DNA of 63,996 bases, filler included, from a bacterium (GTDB lineage Bacteria > JAMOTN01): the NCBI GenBank assembly GCA_027062325.1. It is 3 parts of 3 records of this genome, joined end to end, with 100 filler letters (N's around TTAATTAATTAA, not from the genome) between each part and the next. Parts side by side here need not be neighbours in the genome. Positions count along the whole stretch, not along the records: positions 1 to 22,326 come from JAMOTN010000067.1; 2 more parts are not named here. The stretch is one strand, 5' to 3'. This document shows positions 1 to 9,702 of the stretch, in pieces. Position numbers and translations under genes: made by a program. Positions within the stretch are counted from its first letter, which is position 1; the number at the start of each line of letters is the position of its first letter. A model generated the notes under the pieces. That model was given only the letters and a program-made list of their open reading frames with translations, was not told where the DNA came from and ran no database searches.

Positions 1-2
1 TT

Positions 3-401
3 ATGGTTATGACAGATCAAGTTGCAGATATGTTGACTAGAATTCGCAACGCATATATGGCTCGTAAGAGCGAAGTGGACGTTCCTTATACTGAGTTTAA
101 AAAAGAAATAGTGCGTGTTTTGAAAGAAGAGGGTTATATCAAGGATTTTAAGTTTGTTAAGAGAACTCCTCAAAGTATATTGAGGATATATCTGAAGTAT
201 GATGAGAGAGGAAAGCCGGTTATACAGGGTTTGAAGAGAGTTAGTAAGCCTGGTCGTAGAATTTATTCTGGTGTTAAGAAGCTTCCCAAGGTTATGGGAG
301 GATATGGAGTTGCTATAATCTCCACACCCAAAGGAGTAATGCCTGATTGGAAAGCACGTGAAGAGAGAGTTGGCGGCGAGATAGTATGCTACGTGTGGTA
401 G
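3..401 (+). CDS. rpsH: 30S ribosomal protein S8
   Basis: TDQVADMLTRIRNA, RVSKPGRRIY, IISTPKGVM and GGEIVCYVW motifs; first gene of the spc operon segment. Confidence 0.98.
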   Translation: MVMTDQVADMLTRIRNAYMARKSEVDVPYTEFKKEIVRVLKEEGYIKDFKFVKRTPQSILRIYLKYDERGKPVIQGLKRVSKPGRRIYSGVKKLPKVMGGYGVAIISTPKGVMPDWKAREERVGGEIVCYVW

Positions 402-413
402 GGAGGGATAGCG

Positions 414-962
414 ATGTCTAAGATAGGAAAGAGACCTATACCAAAACCAGATAACGTCACGATTAATGTGGAGAAGAAAGATAATCTTATCGTGAAGGTG
501 AAGGGGCCTCGCGGTGAGCTTGTGAGGGAGCTTGCACCTGTAGTTGAGATAGAAATTCAGGACAATCAGATAGTTGTTAAGCCTCAGGATGAGAAAAATA
601 AGTTTTCACGCATGATGTGGGGAACTGCAAGGGCTGTGATAAATAATATGATAATAGGAGTGACTCAAGGTTTTAAAAAGAGCCTCATAGTTAAAGGATT
701 GGGTTACAGAGCAGAGGTAAAGGGTAACAAGTTGGTTTTGAATGTTGGTTATTCTCATCCGGTTGAGTTTGAAATTCCAAAGACTCTTAAAGTTACTGCA
801 GAGAAGAAAGCCGAGATAATCGTTACTGTTGAGGGAAATGACAAAGAAGAGGTGGGGCAGTTTGCAGCAAAAGTGAAGGCAGTACGTCCACCTAATCCGT
901 ATAAAGGAACTGGAATAATGTATGATGGTGAGCAGATTATAAGGAAAGAAATGAAGAAGTAG
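414..962 (+). CDS. rplF: 50S ribosomal protein L6
   Basis: MSKIGKRPI, VKGPRGEL, GLGYRA, VGYSHPV and PYKGTG motifs; spc operon position. Confidence 0.97.
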   Translation: MSKIGKRPIPKPDNVTINVEKKDNLIVKVKGPRGELVRELAPVVEIEIQDNQIVVKPQDEKNKFSRMMWGTARAVINNMIIGVTQGFKKSLIVKGLGYRAEVKGNKLVLNVGYSHPVEFEIPKTLKVTAEKKAEIIVTVEGNDKEEVGQFAAKVKAVRPPNPYKGTGIMYDGEQIIRKEMKK

Positions 963-977
963 TAAGGGGTGATAGAA

Positions 978-1352
978 ATGGCTAAGAAGACAAGAGCTGA
1001 TATGAGGAAAATAAGGCACTTGCGTGTGAGAAAGAAAGTCTATGGAACTTCCGAAAGGCCTCGTCTTGCGATTTTTAGGAGCAACCGCTATATTTATGCC
1101 CAGATAATAGATGATGATAGAGGCCTAACCCTTGTTTCGGCAAGTAGCTTGGAGAAAGGGTTCAGAGAGAAATATTCTGATAAAAAATCATTGAAAAATA
1201 AAGATATTGCGGCTGAGATTGGGAAGCTCATTGCTGAGCGTGCCAAGGAAAAGGGAATTACCAAGGTGGTATTTGATAGAGGTGGTTTTAAGTACCACGG
1301 CAAGATTAAAGCTTTGGCAGATGCAGCTAGAGAGGCAGGATTGGAATTTTAA
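978..1352 (+). CDS. rplR: 50S ribosomal protein L18
   Basis: [20 protein letters not shown] and [29 protein letters not shown] 978 preferred over GTG 969 by SD spacing. Confidence 0.97.
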   Translation: MAKKTRADMRKIRHLRVRKKVYGTSERPRLAIFRSNRYIYAQIIDDDRGLTLVSASSLEKGFREKYSDKKSLKNKDIAAEIGKLIAERAKEKGITKVVFDRGGFKYHGKIKALADAAREAGLEF

Positions 1353-1366
1353 GGGGGGGATAATAG

Positions 1367-1921
1367 ATGGTTAAGATGTTCATAGATCCTAAAGAGCGCA
1401 AAAAGTTGCAACCAGATGAAATAAGCTTAGAAGAAAGAGTTTTACAGGTAAAGAGGGTTACAAAGGTTACGAAAGGTGGTAAGAGAATCCGTTTTACTGC
1501 CCTTGTTGTTGTGGGAGATAAAAAAGGCCATGTTGGTATAGGATTGGGTAAAGCACGTGAGGTACCAGATGCTATAAAAAAGGGAATAGAAAAGGCAAAG
1601 AAAAATATGATAAAAGTTCCGTTAGAAGAGGGAAGAACAATTCCTTATGAGGTTATGGCAAAATTCTCGGCCAGCAATGTTCTTTTGAAGCCAGCTGTTC
1701 CTGGACACGGTATTACTGCAGGAATTGTGGTGAGAACTATTGCTGAGCTTGCCGGAATAAAGGATTTGACTTCTAAGGTTATAGGTTCTTCGACTGCTAT
1801 AAACGTAGCGCAGGCTACTATGAAAGCTTTGAGTTTATTGAAGAGTCCAGCAGAAATTGCTAAAATTAGAGGTATCCCTGAAGCAGAGCTTAGGAGAAGA
1901 GCTAACCTGAAAGTTAGTTAA
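1367..1921 (+). CDS. rpsE: 30S ribosomal protein S5
   Basis: RVTKVTKGGKRIRFTALVVVGD and GKAREVPDAI motifs. Confidence 0.98.
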   Translation: MVKMFIDPKERKKLQPDEISLEERVLQVKRVTKVTKGGKRIRFTALVVVGDKKGHVGIGLGKAREVPDAIKKGIEKAKKNMIKVPLEEGRTIPYEVMAKFSASNVLLKPAVPGHGITAGIVVRTIAELAGIKDLTSKVIGSSTAINVAQATMKALSLLKSPAEIAKIRGIPEAELRRRANLKVS

Positions 1922-2002
1922 TATGGTAGTTGAACTAAGAATTAGAAATTAGGTTGTTGTAAGTTGCAACATGAATTTGTGGATGATGAGGGGTGAGGAA
2001 AG

Positions 2003-2188
2003 GTGAAGAAGGTAAAGGTAAAACTTGTTAGGGGTTTGGCAGGAAAGAGAGAGCGTCATAAAAAGACTGTGTGGAGTTTGGGTTTGAGAAAGCCGGGACA
2101 GGAGGTTATAAAAGAGGCTACTCCGCAAATAATGGGAATGATAAAGAGTGTTGACTACCTTGTTGAGTGGGAGGAGGTGCAAGAGTAA
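2003..2188 (+). CDS. rpmD: 50S ribosomal protein L30
   Basis: 61 aa, KTVWSLGLRK...GMI; lies between rpsE and rplO. Confidence 0.93.
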   Translation: MKKVKVKLVRGLAGKRERHKKTVWSLGLRKPGQEVIKEATPQIMGMIKSVDYLVEWEEVQE

Positions 2189-2189
2189 G

Positions 2190-2639
2190 ATGAAGTTTGA
2201 AAACTTGAGATTGCCAAAGGGTGCAAGACGTAGAAAAAAAAGAGTTGGAAGAGGTATAGGATCAGGGCACGGTAAAACTTCTACTCGTGGACACAAGGGG
2301 CAGAAGGCTAGAGCGGGTCGCGATATACCACCATGGTTTGAAGGTGGGCAGATGCCGCTTTACAGAAGAATTCCAAAGAGAGGTTTTAGCAATGCTCCTT
2401 TCAAGAAAGAGTATGAGATTGTGAATGTGGCTACTCTTGATAAGTATTTTGAAAATGGTGAAGAGGTGAATGTTGAGACTTTATTGGCTAAAGGTGTTAT
2501 AAAGCGCGTTGGTAAGGATGGAATTAAGATTCTTGGAAAAGGTGAGTTGACTAAGAAATTGAAAGTTGTTGCTAACAAGTTTTCCAAACAGGCAGAGGAA
2601 AAGATAAAAAAAGCTGGAGGAGAAGTTGTAGTTTTGTAG
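2190..2639 (+). CDS. rplO: 50S ribosomal protein L15
   Basis: RVGRGIGSGHGKTSTRGHKGQKAR and FEGGQMPLYRRIPKRGF; ATG 2190 directly after the rpmD stop with GGAGG SD (ORF track start 2148 is too long). Confidence 0.97.
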   Translation: MKFENLRLPKGARRRKKRVGRGIGSGHGKTSTRGHKGQKARAGRDIPPWFEGGQMPLYRRIPKRGFSNAPFKKEYEIVNVATLDKYFENGEEVNVETLLAKGVIKRVGKDGIKILGKGELTKKLKVVANKFSKQAEEKIKKAGGEVVVL

Positions 2640-2675
2640 GGTAAGTTAAATTTATTACAAGGAAGGTGAAGCTTA

Positions 2676-3983
2676 GTGATAGCTGGAATGGGAGATGCTT
2701 TTAGGATAGGAGAGGTAAAGGATAGGGTTTTATTCACTCTAGCAATGCTAGCGCTTTTTAGATTGGGAGTTCACATTCCATTACCTGGAGTTGATCCCAA
2801 AGCGCTTACTCATATGATAGGTGGCGGTGGCGTGTTGGGTTTTCTCGATCTTTTTGTTGGTGGAGCTTTGAGGCGTTTTTCCATTTTTGCGTTGGGTGTT
2901 GCGCCTTACATTAACGCCTCTATCATTATGCAGCTGTTGATATATGTTGTTCCGGCACTTGAAAAAATGAGCAAAGATGAGGAAGGAAGGCGCAAGATAA
3001 ATGTTTATACGAGATATGCTACGGTTGCCGTAGCAGCGATACAAGCTTTAGGAATCACCTTTATGTTGAAAAATGCACCGGGAGTGCTACTTCCTGAGAT
3101 GCAGGAGAGATTTGCTTACTTTGCTATTTTGTCAGTTGTTACCTTAACTGCAGGAACGATGTTTCTCATGTGGCTTGGAGATCAGATAACAGAGTTTGGA
3201 ATAGGGAATGGAATATCGGTTTTAATTTTTGGTGGTATTGTTGCAAGGATGCCTGAGGCAGCTGTTCAGACTTGGAGGGCGTTCTCAGGAGATGCAAGTG
3301 CTATTCCAAAATTGGTTATTGTTCTTCTTCTTATGATAGCTGTAGTTGCAGGAGTTGTTATGATTCAAGAAGGAGTTAGAAAAATTCCAGTTCGTTATGG
3401 TAGAAGAATCTCTGGAAGAAGAGTTTACGGAGGACATTCTACTTATCTTCCAATAAGAGTTAACATGGGAGGAGTTATCCCGATAATCTTTGCAATATCT
3501 GTTTTGATGTTCCCTAATATGGTTGGAGGGTTCATTCAGAAAGCAGCTGGAGGAAAAGTTGCAACTTATCTTGGTCAGATACTTGCTTGGTTCAGGCCGG
3601 GGCATGTGGTTTATTACGTGCTTTATGCGCTTTTGATCATCTTCTTTACATTCTTTTATGCTTCCATCATATTTAACCCAGACGAGATAGCTGAAAACTT
3701 GAGAAAATACGGCGGAATGATAGCAGGAAGAAGGCCAGGTAAAAACACAGCTGAGTACATTGACAGAGTTGCAACACGTATAACGTTTGCAGGTGCTATT
3801 TTCTTGGCAATCATTGCATTAATACCTCATATGCTTAGGATGTTTGCGAAGGTGCCATTCTACTTTGGAGGAACAGCATTGCTGATTGTGGTTGGAGTTG
3901 CGCTTGACATAGTTAAGCAGATGGAGGCTCACGTAATAATGAGATATTATGAGGGAGCTCTCGGAAAGGGGCGTCTCCTTTAA
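2676..3983 (+). CDS. secY: preprotein translocase subunit SecY
   Basis: SIFALGVAPYINASIIMQLL, GIGNGISVLIF, GVIPIIFA, RPGKNT and FGGTALLIVVGV motifs; about 10 TM segments. Confidence 0.98.
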   Translation: MIAGMGDAFRIGEVKDRVLFTLAMLALFRLGVHIPLPGVDPKALTHMIGGGGVLGFLDLFVGGALRRFSIFALGVAPYINASIIMQLLIYVVPALEKMSKDEEGRRKINVYTRYATVAVAAIQALGITFMLKNAPGVLLPEMQERFAYFAILSVVTLTAGTMFLMWLGDQITEFGIGNGISVLIFGGIVARMPEAAVQTWRAFSGDASAIPKLVIVLLLMIAVVAGVVMIQEGVRKIPVRYGRRISGRRVYGGHSTYLPIRVNMGGVIPIIFAISVLMFPNMVGGFIQKAAGGKVATYLGQILAWFRPGHVVYYVLYALLIIFFTFFYASIIFNPDEIAENLRKYGGMIAGRRPGKNTAEYIDRVATRITFAGAIFLAIIALIPHMLRMFAKVPFYFGGTALLIVVGVALDIVKQMEAHVIMRYYEGALGKGRLL

Positions 3984-3999
3984 GGAGGGCTCCCTTTTT
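3968..3999 (+). terminator. hairpin plus T5 overlapping the secY stop codon (possible weak terminator or processing site)
   Basis: GGGGCGTCTCCT-TTA-AGGAGGGCTCCC followed by TTTTT. Confidence 0.35.
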
Positions 4000-4019
4000 C
4001 TATTGAGGGGGGGATATGT

Positions 4020-4661
4020 GTGAAGGTAAGGATATTTTTCGGACCGCCGGGATCAGGTAAGGGAACTCAAGCAAAACTTGTGATAAAAGAGGATCCAAGT
4101 TGGGTACACATAGCTCCTGGAGATATACTTAGGGCAAATGTGAAGGCTGGGACAGAACTTGGAAAGCAGGCTAAGAGGTATATGGATGAGGGGGTTTTGG
4201 TTCCAGATGAGATAATAGTTGCTATGATGGCAGAGGAGTTGGATAAAGCAAGAAAAGCTAGTAAAAACGTGATTTTAGATGGCTTTCCACGTTCTGTTGC
4301 TCAAGCAGAGAGTCTCATTCGTATGCTTGAAAAGTCTGATGATGTTAGGATAATAGAGTTTTCTGTGCCTGATGAGTTAATAATAGAGAGGTTGTCAGGA
4401 AGGTTAGTGTGTCCGAATTGTGGAGCAGCCTATCATATCAAGAACAATCCCCCTCAGAAAAATGAAATATGTGATAGGTGTGGCGAGAAATTGATTAGAA
4501 GGGATGATGATAAGCCTGAAGTTATTTCAAAGAGACTAGAGGTATATAGGGAAGAGACGAAGAAGGTTTTGGAAGTTTTATTGAATCATTATCCCTATAC
4601 AAAGTTGGCTGCTGACATGAGCATTGAAGAAATATACAAGGAGTTGAAAAGGTTCTTATGA
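4020..4661 (+). CDS. adk: adenylate kinase (Zn-binding LID type)
   Basis: GPPGSGKGTQA P-loop, LDGFPR, CPNC...CDRC LID and RRDDD. Confidence 0.97.
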   Translation: MKVRIFFGPPGSGKGTQAKLVIKEDPSWVHIAPGDILRANVKAGTELGKQAKRYMDEGVLVPDEIIVAMMAEELDKARKASKNVILDGFPRSVAQAESLIRMLEKSDDVRIIEFSVPDELIIERLSGRLVCPNCGAAYHIKNNPPQKNEICDRCGEKLIRRDDDKPEVISKRLEVYREETKKVLEVLLNHYPYTKLAADMSIEEIYKELKRFL

Positions 4662-5431
4662 TTTTCTTCAAGTCTGAGAAGGATATAGAAGGTATAGCGA
4701 GAGCGGGCAAAATTGTGGCCGAGGTTTTAAATAATGTGGCTAGTATTGTAAAGCCTGGTTTAAAAGTAGAAGAGATAGAAAAGCTGGCACGCGAAGTAAT
4801 AGCTGGGCATGGTGCCAGGGCGGCATTTTTAAATTATCAGCCACCTGGTATGAGATTGAGGTTTCCGTTCGCTACATGTGTTTCTGTGAATGAGGAAGTA
4901 GTACACGGGTTTCCTCAGGGCAAAGTTTTAAAAAAAGGGGATCTACTAAAGGTTGATGTAGGAGTGGAGCTTGGAGGTTACTATGCTGATGCAGCGCGCA
5001 CTTATATTGTAGGAGAATTTGATAATTCCAGAGATGAAGAATTGTACAATGCTGGTAAAGAAGCTCTTTTTGAGGCGATTAAAGTGGCAAAACCAGGTAA
5101 CACGGTTGGAACGATTGGACAAATAGTTAGTGCGGTGGCTCGCAAGTATGGATTTGGTGTTGTAACGAGTTACACAGGGCACGGTGTTGGCTTTGAAATT
5201 CATGAAGAACCGGAAGTACCGAATTACGGAGTAGATGGCGAAGGGGAATTGTTGGTTGAAGGGATGGTTATAGCAATTGAGCCAATGCTCACACATGGTT
5301 CAGGACGTGTAAAGGTTAAGAGAGATGGTTGGACAGTTGTTACGGTGGAAGGAAAAAAGGCTGTTCACTTTGAGCACACAGTCGCGGTGACAGCCGATGG
5401 TGGAAAAATTTTAACACCGTGGGGTGATTGA
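4658..5431 (+). CDS. map: methionine aminopeptidase type I
   Basis: [14 protein letters not shown]...YADAART, GHGVG..IHEEP, AIEPM and HFEHT metal ligands. Confidence 0.97.
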   Translation: MIFFKSEKDIEGIARAGKIVAEVLNNVASIVKPGLKVEEIEKLAREVIAGHGARAAFLNYQPPGMRLRFPFATCVSVNEEVVHGFPQGKVLKKGDLLKVDVGVELGGYYADAARTYIVGEFDNSRDEELYNAGKEALFEAIKVAKPGNTVGTIGQIVSAVARKYGFGVVTSYTGHGVGFEIHEEPEVPNYGVDGEGELLVEGMVIAIEPMLTHGSGRVKVKRDGWTVVTVEGKKAVHFEHTVAVTADGGKILTPWGD

Positions 5432-5651
5432 TTTGAAAAAGGATAGACTAGAGGTAGTTGGCACGGTTGTTGAGACGTTGCCAAATGCTACATTTAAGGT
5501 TAGACTGGATAACGGACATGAAATTCTAGCGCATATTTCAGGTAAGATGCGTATGCATTTTATAAGGATTTTGCCAGGAGATAAGGTTGCAGTGGAAATA
5601 TCGCCTTATGATTTGACTCGTGGTAGAATAGTCTATAGATACAAGAAGTAG
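5424..5651 (+). CDS. infA: translation initiation factor IF-1
   Basis: [39 protein letters not shown]; alternative TTG start at 5433. Confidence 0.98.
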   Translation: MIDLKKDRLEVVGTVVETLPNATFKVRLDNGHEILAHISGKMRMHFIRILPGDKVAVEISPYDLTRGRIVYRYKK

Positions 5652-5663
5652 GGGGGATAAGAG

Positions 5664-5783
5664 ATGAAGGTAAGGCCATCAGTTAAGAGAATTTGTGAGC
5701 ACTGCCGTATAATCAGAAGAAAAGGTGTAGTTCGTGTAATTTGTAAGAAAAATCCAAGACACAAGCAGAGACAGGGTAAGTAG
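5664..5783 (+). CDS. rpmJ: 50S ribosomal protein L36 (Zn-ribbon type; absent from the ORF track)
   Basis: Manual translation [47 protein letters not shown]; lies between infA and rpsM. Confidence 0.97.
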   Translation: MKVRPSVKRICEHCRIIRRKGVVRVICKKNPRHKQRQGK

Positions 5784-5798
5784 GGGAGGTAGAGAGAA

Positions 5799-6188
5799 AT
5801 GGCAGTAAGAATTGCAGGTGTTAACTTACCTGAATCTAAGAGTGTAGAGATTGCTCTCACTTACATATTCGGCATAGGGAGGCCGTCTTCGAAGAAAATA
5901 TTGGCGACTGTAGATGTTGATCCGAATAAGAAGGTTCGTGATTTAACAGAGGATGAGATAGCCAGAATAAGAAAAGAGATAGAAAACAATTACATGGTTG
6001 AGGGAGATTTGAGAAGAAAGATAGCTATGGATATAAAGCGTTTGATAGAGATTGGATGTTATAGAGGTCTTCGTCATAAAATGAGATTGCCTGTGCGAGG
6101 GCAAAGAACTCGTTGTAATGCACGTACTCGTAAAGGTCCGAAGAAGACAGTTGGTGGTGTAGGAAAAGCTAAGAGAAGAAAGGCATAG
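5799..6188 (+). CDS. rpsM: 30S ribosomal protein S13
   Basis: [18 protein letters not shown] and [23 protein letters not shown]. Confidence 0.98.
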   Translation: MAVRIAGVNLPESKSVEIALTYIFGIGRPSSKKILATVDVDPNKKVRDLTEDEIARIRKEIENNYMVEGDLRRKIAMDIKRLIEIGCYRGLRHKMRLPVRGQRTRCNARTRKGPKKTVGGVGKAKRRKA

Positions 6189-6206
6189 TATAGGGGGGAT
6201 ACAGTG

Positions 6207-6584
6207 ATGGCTCGCAAGAAGAGAAGAGAGAAAAAATTTGTTAGGAAGGGCGTAGTGCATATAAAGTCTACTTTTAACAATACAATTGTTGCAATTACTG
6301 ATGAAAATGGAAATGTTGTCAGTTGGGCTTCTGGTGGTACCGTAGGTTTTAAGGGGACTAGGAAAGGTACTCCTTATGCAGCTCAGCTTGCAGCAGAAGC
6401 TGCTATCAGGAAAGCTAAGAATTATGGGTTAGAAGAGGTGGAGATCTACTCTAAAGGTCCAGGTCCGGGAAAGGAGGCAGCAATTCGTGCTGTAGAGGCA
6501 ACTGGAGTGCGTGTGGCTGCATTAAAAGATGTAACTCCTGTGCCTCACAATGGATGCAGGCCTCCGGGTAGAAGAAGAGTTTAA
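6207..6584 (+). CDS. rpsK: 30S ribosomal protein S11
   Basis: [28 protein letters not shown] and [13 protein letters not shown]. Confidence 0.98.
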   Translation: MARKKRREKKFVRKGVVHIKSTFNNTIVAITDENGNVVSWASGGTVGFKGTRKGTPYAAQLAAEAAIRKAKNYGLEEVEIYSKGPGPGKEAAIRAVEATGVRVAALKDVTPVPHNGCRPPGRRRV

Positions 6585-6625
6585 TACATTTTAAGAAGTA
6601 CCTGGTTATTCAAGGGGGGAGAAAA

Positions 6626-7252
6626 ATGGGTAGGTATATAGGACCGGTGTGTAGGTTTTGTAGGAGAGAAGGAATGAAGCTTTACCTTAAGGGGGAGCGT
6701 TGTTACACGGAAAAATGTGCTCTTGAGAGGAGGAATTATCCTCCGGGTGATCAGGGTGCGCGTCGTAAGATGAGAAAGATGACCGAATACGGGCGTCGTT
6801 TGAGAGAAAAGCAAAAACTTAAGAGAATGTACAATATGCGTGAAGAGCAGTTCGTGCGCTTCTTTGAGATGGCTGCTCGTATGAGAGAGGGTCAAGTTGG
6901 TGAAAACTTAATGAGATTGTTGGAAAGACGCCTTGATAATGTTGTTTACAGGCTTGGTTTTGCAGCTTCGCGTAATCAAGCTCGCCAGATTGTAAGGCAC
7001 GGACATATATTGGTAAATGGCAAAAAGGTGGATATTCCTTCGTACTTGGTAAAGGAAGGAGATGTGATTACTGTGAGTGAGAAGTCTCAAGATTTTATAA
7101 AAAAGATTGTGGAAGCTAATGCAAATGAAGTACCAGCTTGGTTAGAGTCGAACAAGGAGGCTCTCACTGGTAAAGTGGTAAGGTATCCGACACGTGAAGA
7201 AATGGATACACGTATAAACGAGCGTTTGATTGTCGAGTTCTACAGCCGATAA
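6626..7252 (+). CDS. rpsD: 30S ribosomal protein S4 (Cys/Zn form)
   Basis: CRFCRREG...C...[24 protein letters not shown] and IVEFYSR. Confidence 0.98.
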   Translation: MGRYIGPVCRFCRREGMKLYLKGERCYTEKCALERRNYPPGDQGARRKMRKMTEYGRRLREKQKLKRMYNMREEQFVRFFEMAARMREGQVGENLMRLLERRLDNVVYRLGFAASRNQARQIVRHGHILVNGKKVDIPSYLVKEGDVITVSEKSQDFIKKIVEANANEVPAWLESNKEALTGKVVRYPTREEMDTRINERLIVEFYSR

Positions 7253-7265
7253 TTCTGAAGGTGAT

Positions 7266-7307
7266 GGGCGGTTGGGCAATCTTAATGTCTGACCGCCCCT
7301 GTTTAGT
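7266..7307 (+). terminator. 13-bp hairpin between rpsD and rpoA (attenuator, terminator or processing signal)
   Basis: GGGCGGTTGGGCA (7266-7278) pairs with TGTCTGACCGCCC (7286-7298) including 3 G-U pairs; weak T tail CTGTTTAGTT. Confidence 0.5.
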
Positions 7308-7345
7308 TGTTGCATTCACGAGAATAACAGTGGGGGTGTAGTTGA

Positions 7346-8374
7346 ATGGAGAGAATACCGGTTAAGCCAAAGATAGAGTACTATGTGATGGAGGAAGTGC
7401 CCTCAGATAGATATTTGCGTGTTGAGATTACTCAGTTAAGAAGGGGTTTTGGAGTTACAATTGGAAACTCAATAAGGAGAGTTTTATTATCTTACATAAA
7501 AGCTGCGGCACCAGTTTATTTTGAGATGAGAATAAATGGTGCTATTGTGCAGCATGAATATCAGGGGCTTGAGGGAATTTATGAGGATGTTTTGGAGATT
7601 GCCCAGAATATAAAGCAGATAAAGATAGTATTTCCTGAGAATCATTCAGAGACCCGTCTTCGTCTTAGCGTTAATAAGAAAGGAGAGTACAAGGCAAAGG
7701 ATTTTGAAACGGATGCATTGGTAAAAATAATAAATCCTGATCAGCATATTTTGACTTTGGTTAAGGATATGGAAGTTGAGATAGATATTCTTTTTAAATG
7801 GGGCATAGGTTATGTTGATGCTCATGAGAATATGGAGAGAATGCAAGGAGAATTTACTGAGGGAACTGTTATATTTGTTGATTCTCTTCACAATCCGGTG
7901 GAAAAAGTTAACTTTGATGTTGAAGATGAGGCTGGAGAGACGGGATTGGAAGAGTATGATAGATTAATTTTAGAAATTTGGACAGATGGTCGTGTTACCC
8001 CAGAGGAGGCTTTAAAAGAGTCAATAGCTTGGTTGAATGATTACTACAGTATGTTGAGTATTGCTGTTGACAGTGGAGTTGAGGTGAAAGCACCTATAGC
8101 AGAGGTTGCTTCGTTAGTAGCAGAAGAAGAGGTTAAAGAAGCAGAGGTAGCTTCTGAAGAAAATTCTATGTTGTCTATGAAGATAGAGGATATAAGCGAC
8201 TTTACACCTAAGGTGGTTAATCCCTTGAAGAAAAATGGTATAAATACTGTTGGGGATCTTGTCAAATATTCTAAGAGTGAGTTGAAGAGCTTGAAGGGTG
8301 TGGGGCCTACTACCATAAGAATAGTTGAGGAGTTTCTTGCTAAGTACAACCTTTCGCTCAAAGAGGACAAGTGA
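7346..8374 (+). CDS. rpoA: DNA-directed RNA polymerase subunit alpha (divergent)
   Basis: RGFGVTIGNSIRRVLLS, YDRLILEIWTDG..TPEEAL and C-terminal GINTVGDL HhH domain; lies between rpsD and rplQ. Confidence 0.96.
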   Translation: MERIPVKPKIEYYVMEEVPSDRYLRVEITQLRRGFGVTIGNSIRRVLLSYIKAAAPVYFEMRINGAIVQHEYQGLEGIYEDVLEIAQNIKQIKIVFPENHSETRLRLSVNKKGEYKAKDFETDALVKIINPDQHILTLVKDMEVEIDILFKWGIGYVDAHENMERMQGEFTEGTVIFVDSLHNPVEKVNFDVEDEAGETGLEEYDRLILEIWTDGRVTPEEALKESIAWLNDYYSMLSIAVDSGVEVKAPIAEVASLVAEEEVKEAEVASEENSMLSMKIEDISDFTPKVVNPLKKNGINTVGDLVKYSKSELKSLKGVGPTTIRIVEEFLAKYNLSLKEDK

Positions 8375-8390
8375 TTAAGGGGGGAGAAAG

Positions 8391-8786
8391 ATGAGGCATA
8401 GAAAATATCGTGGAAAATTTGGGCGTAGGATAAATGCGAGGAGAGCTTTGTTCAAAGAATTGGTACGTCAACTGTTCTTGAATGGGCGCATAAAAACTAC
8501 TGTTGCCAAGGCAAAGGTAATTCGTAAGTTTGCAGAGCGTCTTTTGAGTATTGCCAAAGAGGATAACTTTAATAATCGGAGAAGACTGCATCAGTTCTTT
8601 GGTAAGAGAGATATTGTTCGTCACGTATTTGAGAATATTACTCCTGCTATAAAGGATAGGAATGGTGGTTACACTGCAATATATAAGGTTGGATTCAGAC
8701 GTGGAGATGCTGCTGAAATGGCAGTGATTGAGGTAATAGATTATTGGAAGAGGCTAAATGAGGAAGAGAAAGAAACTGAAGAGTGA
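8391..8786 (+). CDS. rplQ: 50S ribosomal protein L17
   Basis: MRHR, GRIKTTVAKAK and RNGGYT..YKVGFRRGDAAEMAVIE. Confidence 0.97.
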   Translation: MRHRKYRGKFGRRINARRALFKELVRQLFLNGRIKTTVAKAKVIRKFAERLLSIAKEDNFNNRRRLHQFFGKRDIVRHVFENITPAIKDRNGGYTAIYKVGFRRGDAAEMAVIEVIDYWKRLNEEEKETEE

Positions 8787-8821
8787 TTTTTAAATTTGTC
8801 CTAAAAATAATTTAGATGCAG

Positions 8822-8861
8822 GCGGTCCGCACATAGCTTTTAGCGGGCCGCTTTATTGTTT
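8822..8861 (+). terminator. Rho-independent terminator of the alpha operon
   Basis: GCGGTCCGC-N12-GCGGGCCGC stem followed by TTTATTGTTT. Confidence 0.75.
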
Positions 8862-8875
8862 ATGGTTGTTCTGGT

Positions 8876-8884
8876 TGGTATAAT
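8876..8884 (+). promoter_or_regulatory. extended -10 promoter element upstream of ecfA1
   Basis: TGGTATAAT (TGn-TATAAT) right after the terminator, about 65 nt upstream of the ecfA1 start. Confidence 0.5.
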
Positions 8885-8947
8885 TGAGGCGGCGAAACAG
8901 TTCCCGTAACTACTTAATAGCAACTCTTCATGAGAGGAGATAGCTTA

Positions 8948-9688
8948 ATGTCAGAAATGTCAAATCGGCGAATTATCCAAACGGATCTTTTGGTTGGACT
9001 TAAAGATGTTAGTGTAAGTTACGTTTCGGATAAGGTGGCTTTGAATAAGGTTAATTTAAAAATTTTTTCAGGAGAAAAAATAGCTGTTGTTGGTAAAAAT
9101 GGTTCAGGAAAGACTACTCTGGGAAAGCTTTTAGCTGCTCTTGTTGAACCAAGTGATGGAGAAGTGGTGATTAACCAACCAGCGTGCTACTTATTCCAAA
9201 ATCCTGAAAATCAGGTTGTCATGCCAACTGTGGAGCGAGAAGTTGCTTTTGGTTTTGAAAATATGGCGATGGATCCAAAGATAATGCATGAGAAGGTAGA
9301 GGGTCTGTTGAGAGCTTTTGGACTTTTTAAAAAGAAGAGTTCAAATGTTGAGGAGTTGTCAGGAGGGCAACTTCAGCGGCTGGCTATTGCTTCATTGGTT
9401 GGTTTAGAGTATCGTTTATTTTTCTTTGATGAGCCTTACGCTTATTTGGATCCTGATTCTGTTAGAAATGTTGATGATATTTTGAATGATTTGGTTGATG
9501 ATGGAGTTACCGTGATGGTTGTCATACATAGGCCTCAATATCTCGAAAAGTTTAATTATCAAAGAGTTTTGTTATTTGATAGGGGACGATTAGAATATGA
9601 TGGTCCAGTTGGTAACTTCATGCGTTCAAGAAAATTGTTAGCCATGGCTGGTTGGAATGGAGATTTTTATTTCAAGTTTAAAAAGTGA
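8948..9688 (+). CDS. ecfA1: energy-coupling factor transporter ATPase A1
   Basis: GKNGSGKTT Walker A, FQNPENQ Q-loop, LSGGQ and DEP; conserved rplQ-ecfA-ecfA-ecfT-truA order; ATG 8948 follows AGGAG. Confidence 0.88.
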   Translation: MSEMSNRRIIQTDLLVGLKDVSVSYVSDKVALNKVNLKIFSGEKIAVVGKNGSGKTTLGKLLAALVEPSDGEVVINQPACYLFQNPENQVVMPTVEREVAFGFENMAMDPKIMHEKVEGLLRAFGLFKKKSSNVEELSGGQLQRLAIASLVGLEYRLFFFDEPYAYLDPDSVRNVDDILNDLVDDGVTVMVVIHRPQYLEKFNYQRVLLFDRGRLEYDGPVGNFMRSRKLLAMAGWNGDFYFKFKK

Positions 9689-9702
9689 TTTTTGGGTAAG
9701 GA

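Noticed and set aside
8885-8947. Riboswitch (e.g. preQ1) in the ecfA1 leader
   Set aside because: Too short, with no recognisable aptamer consensus.
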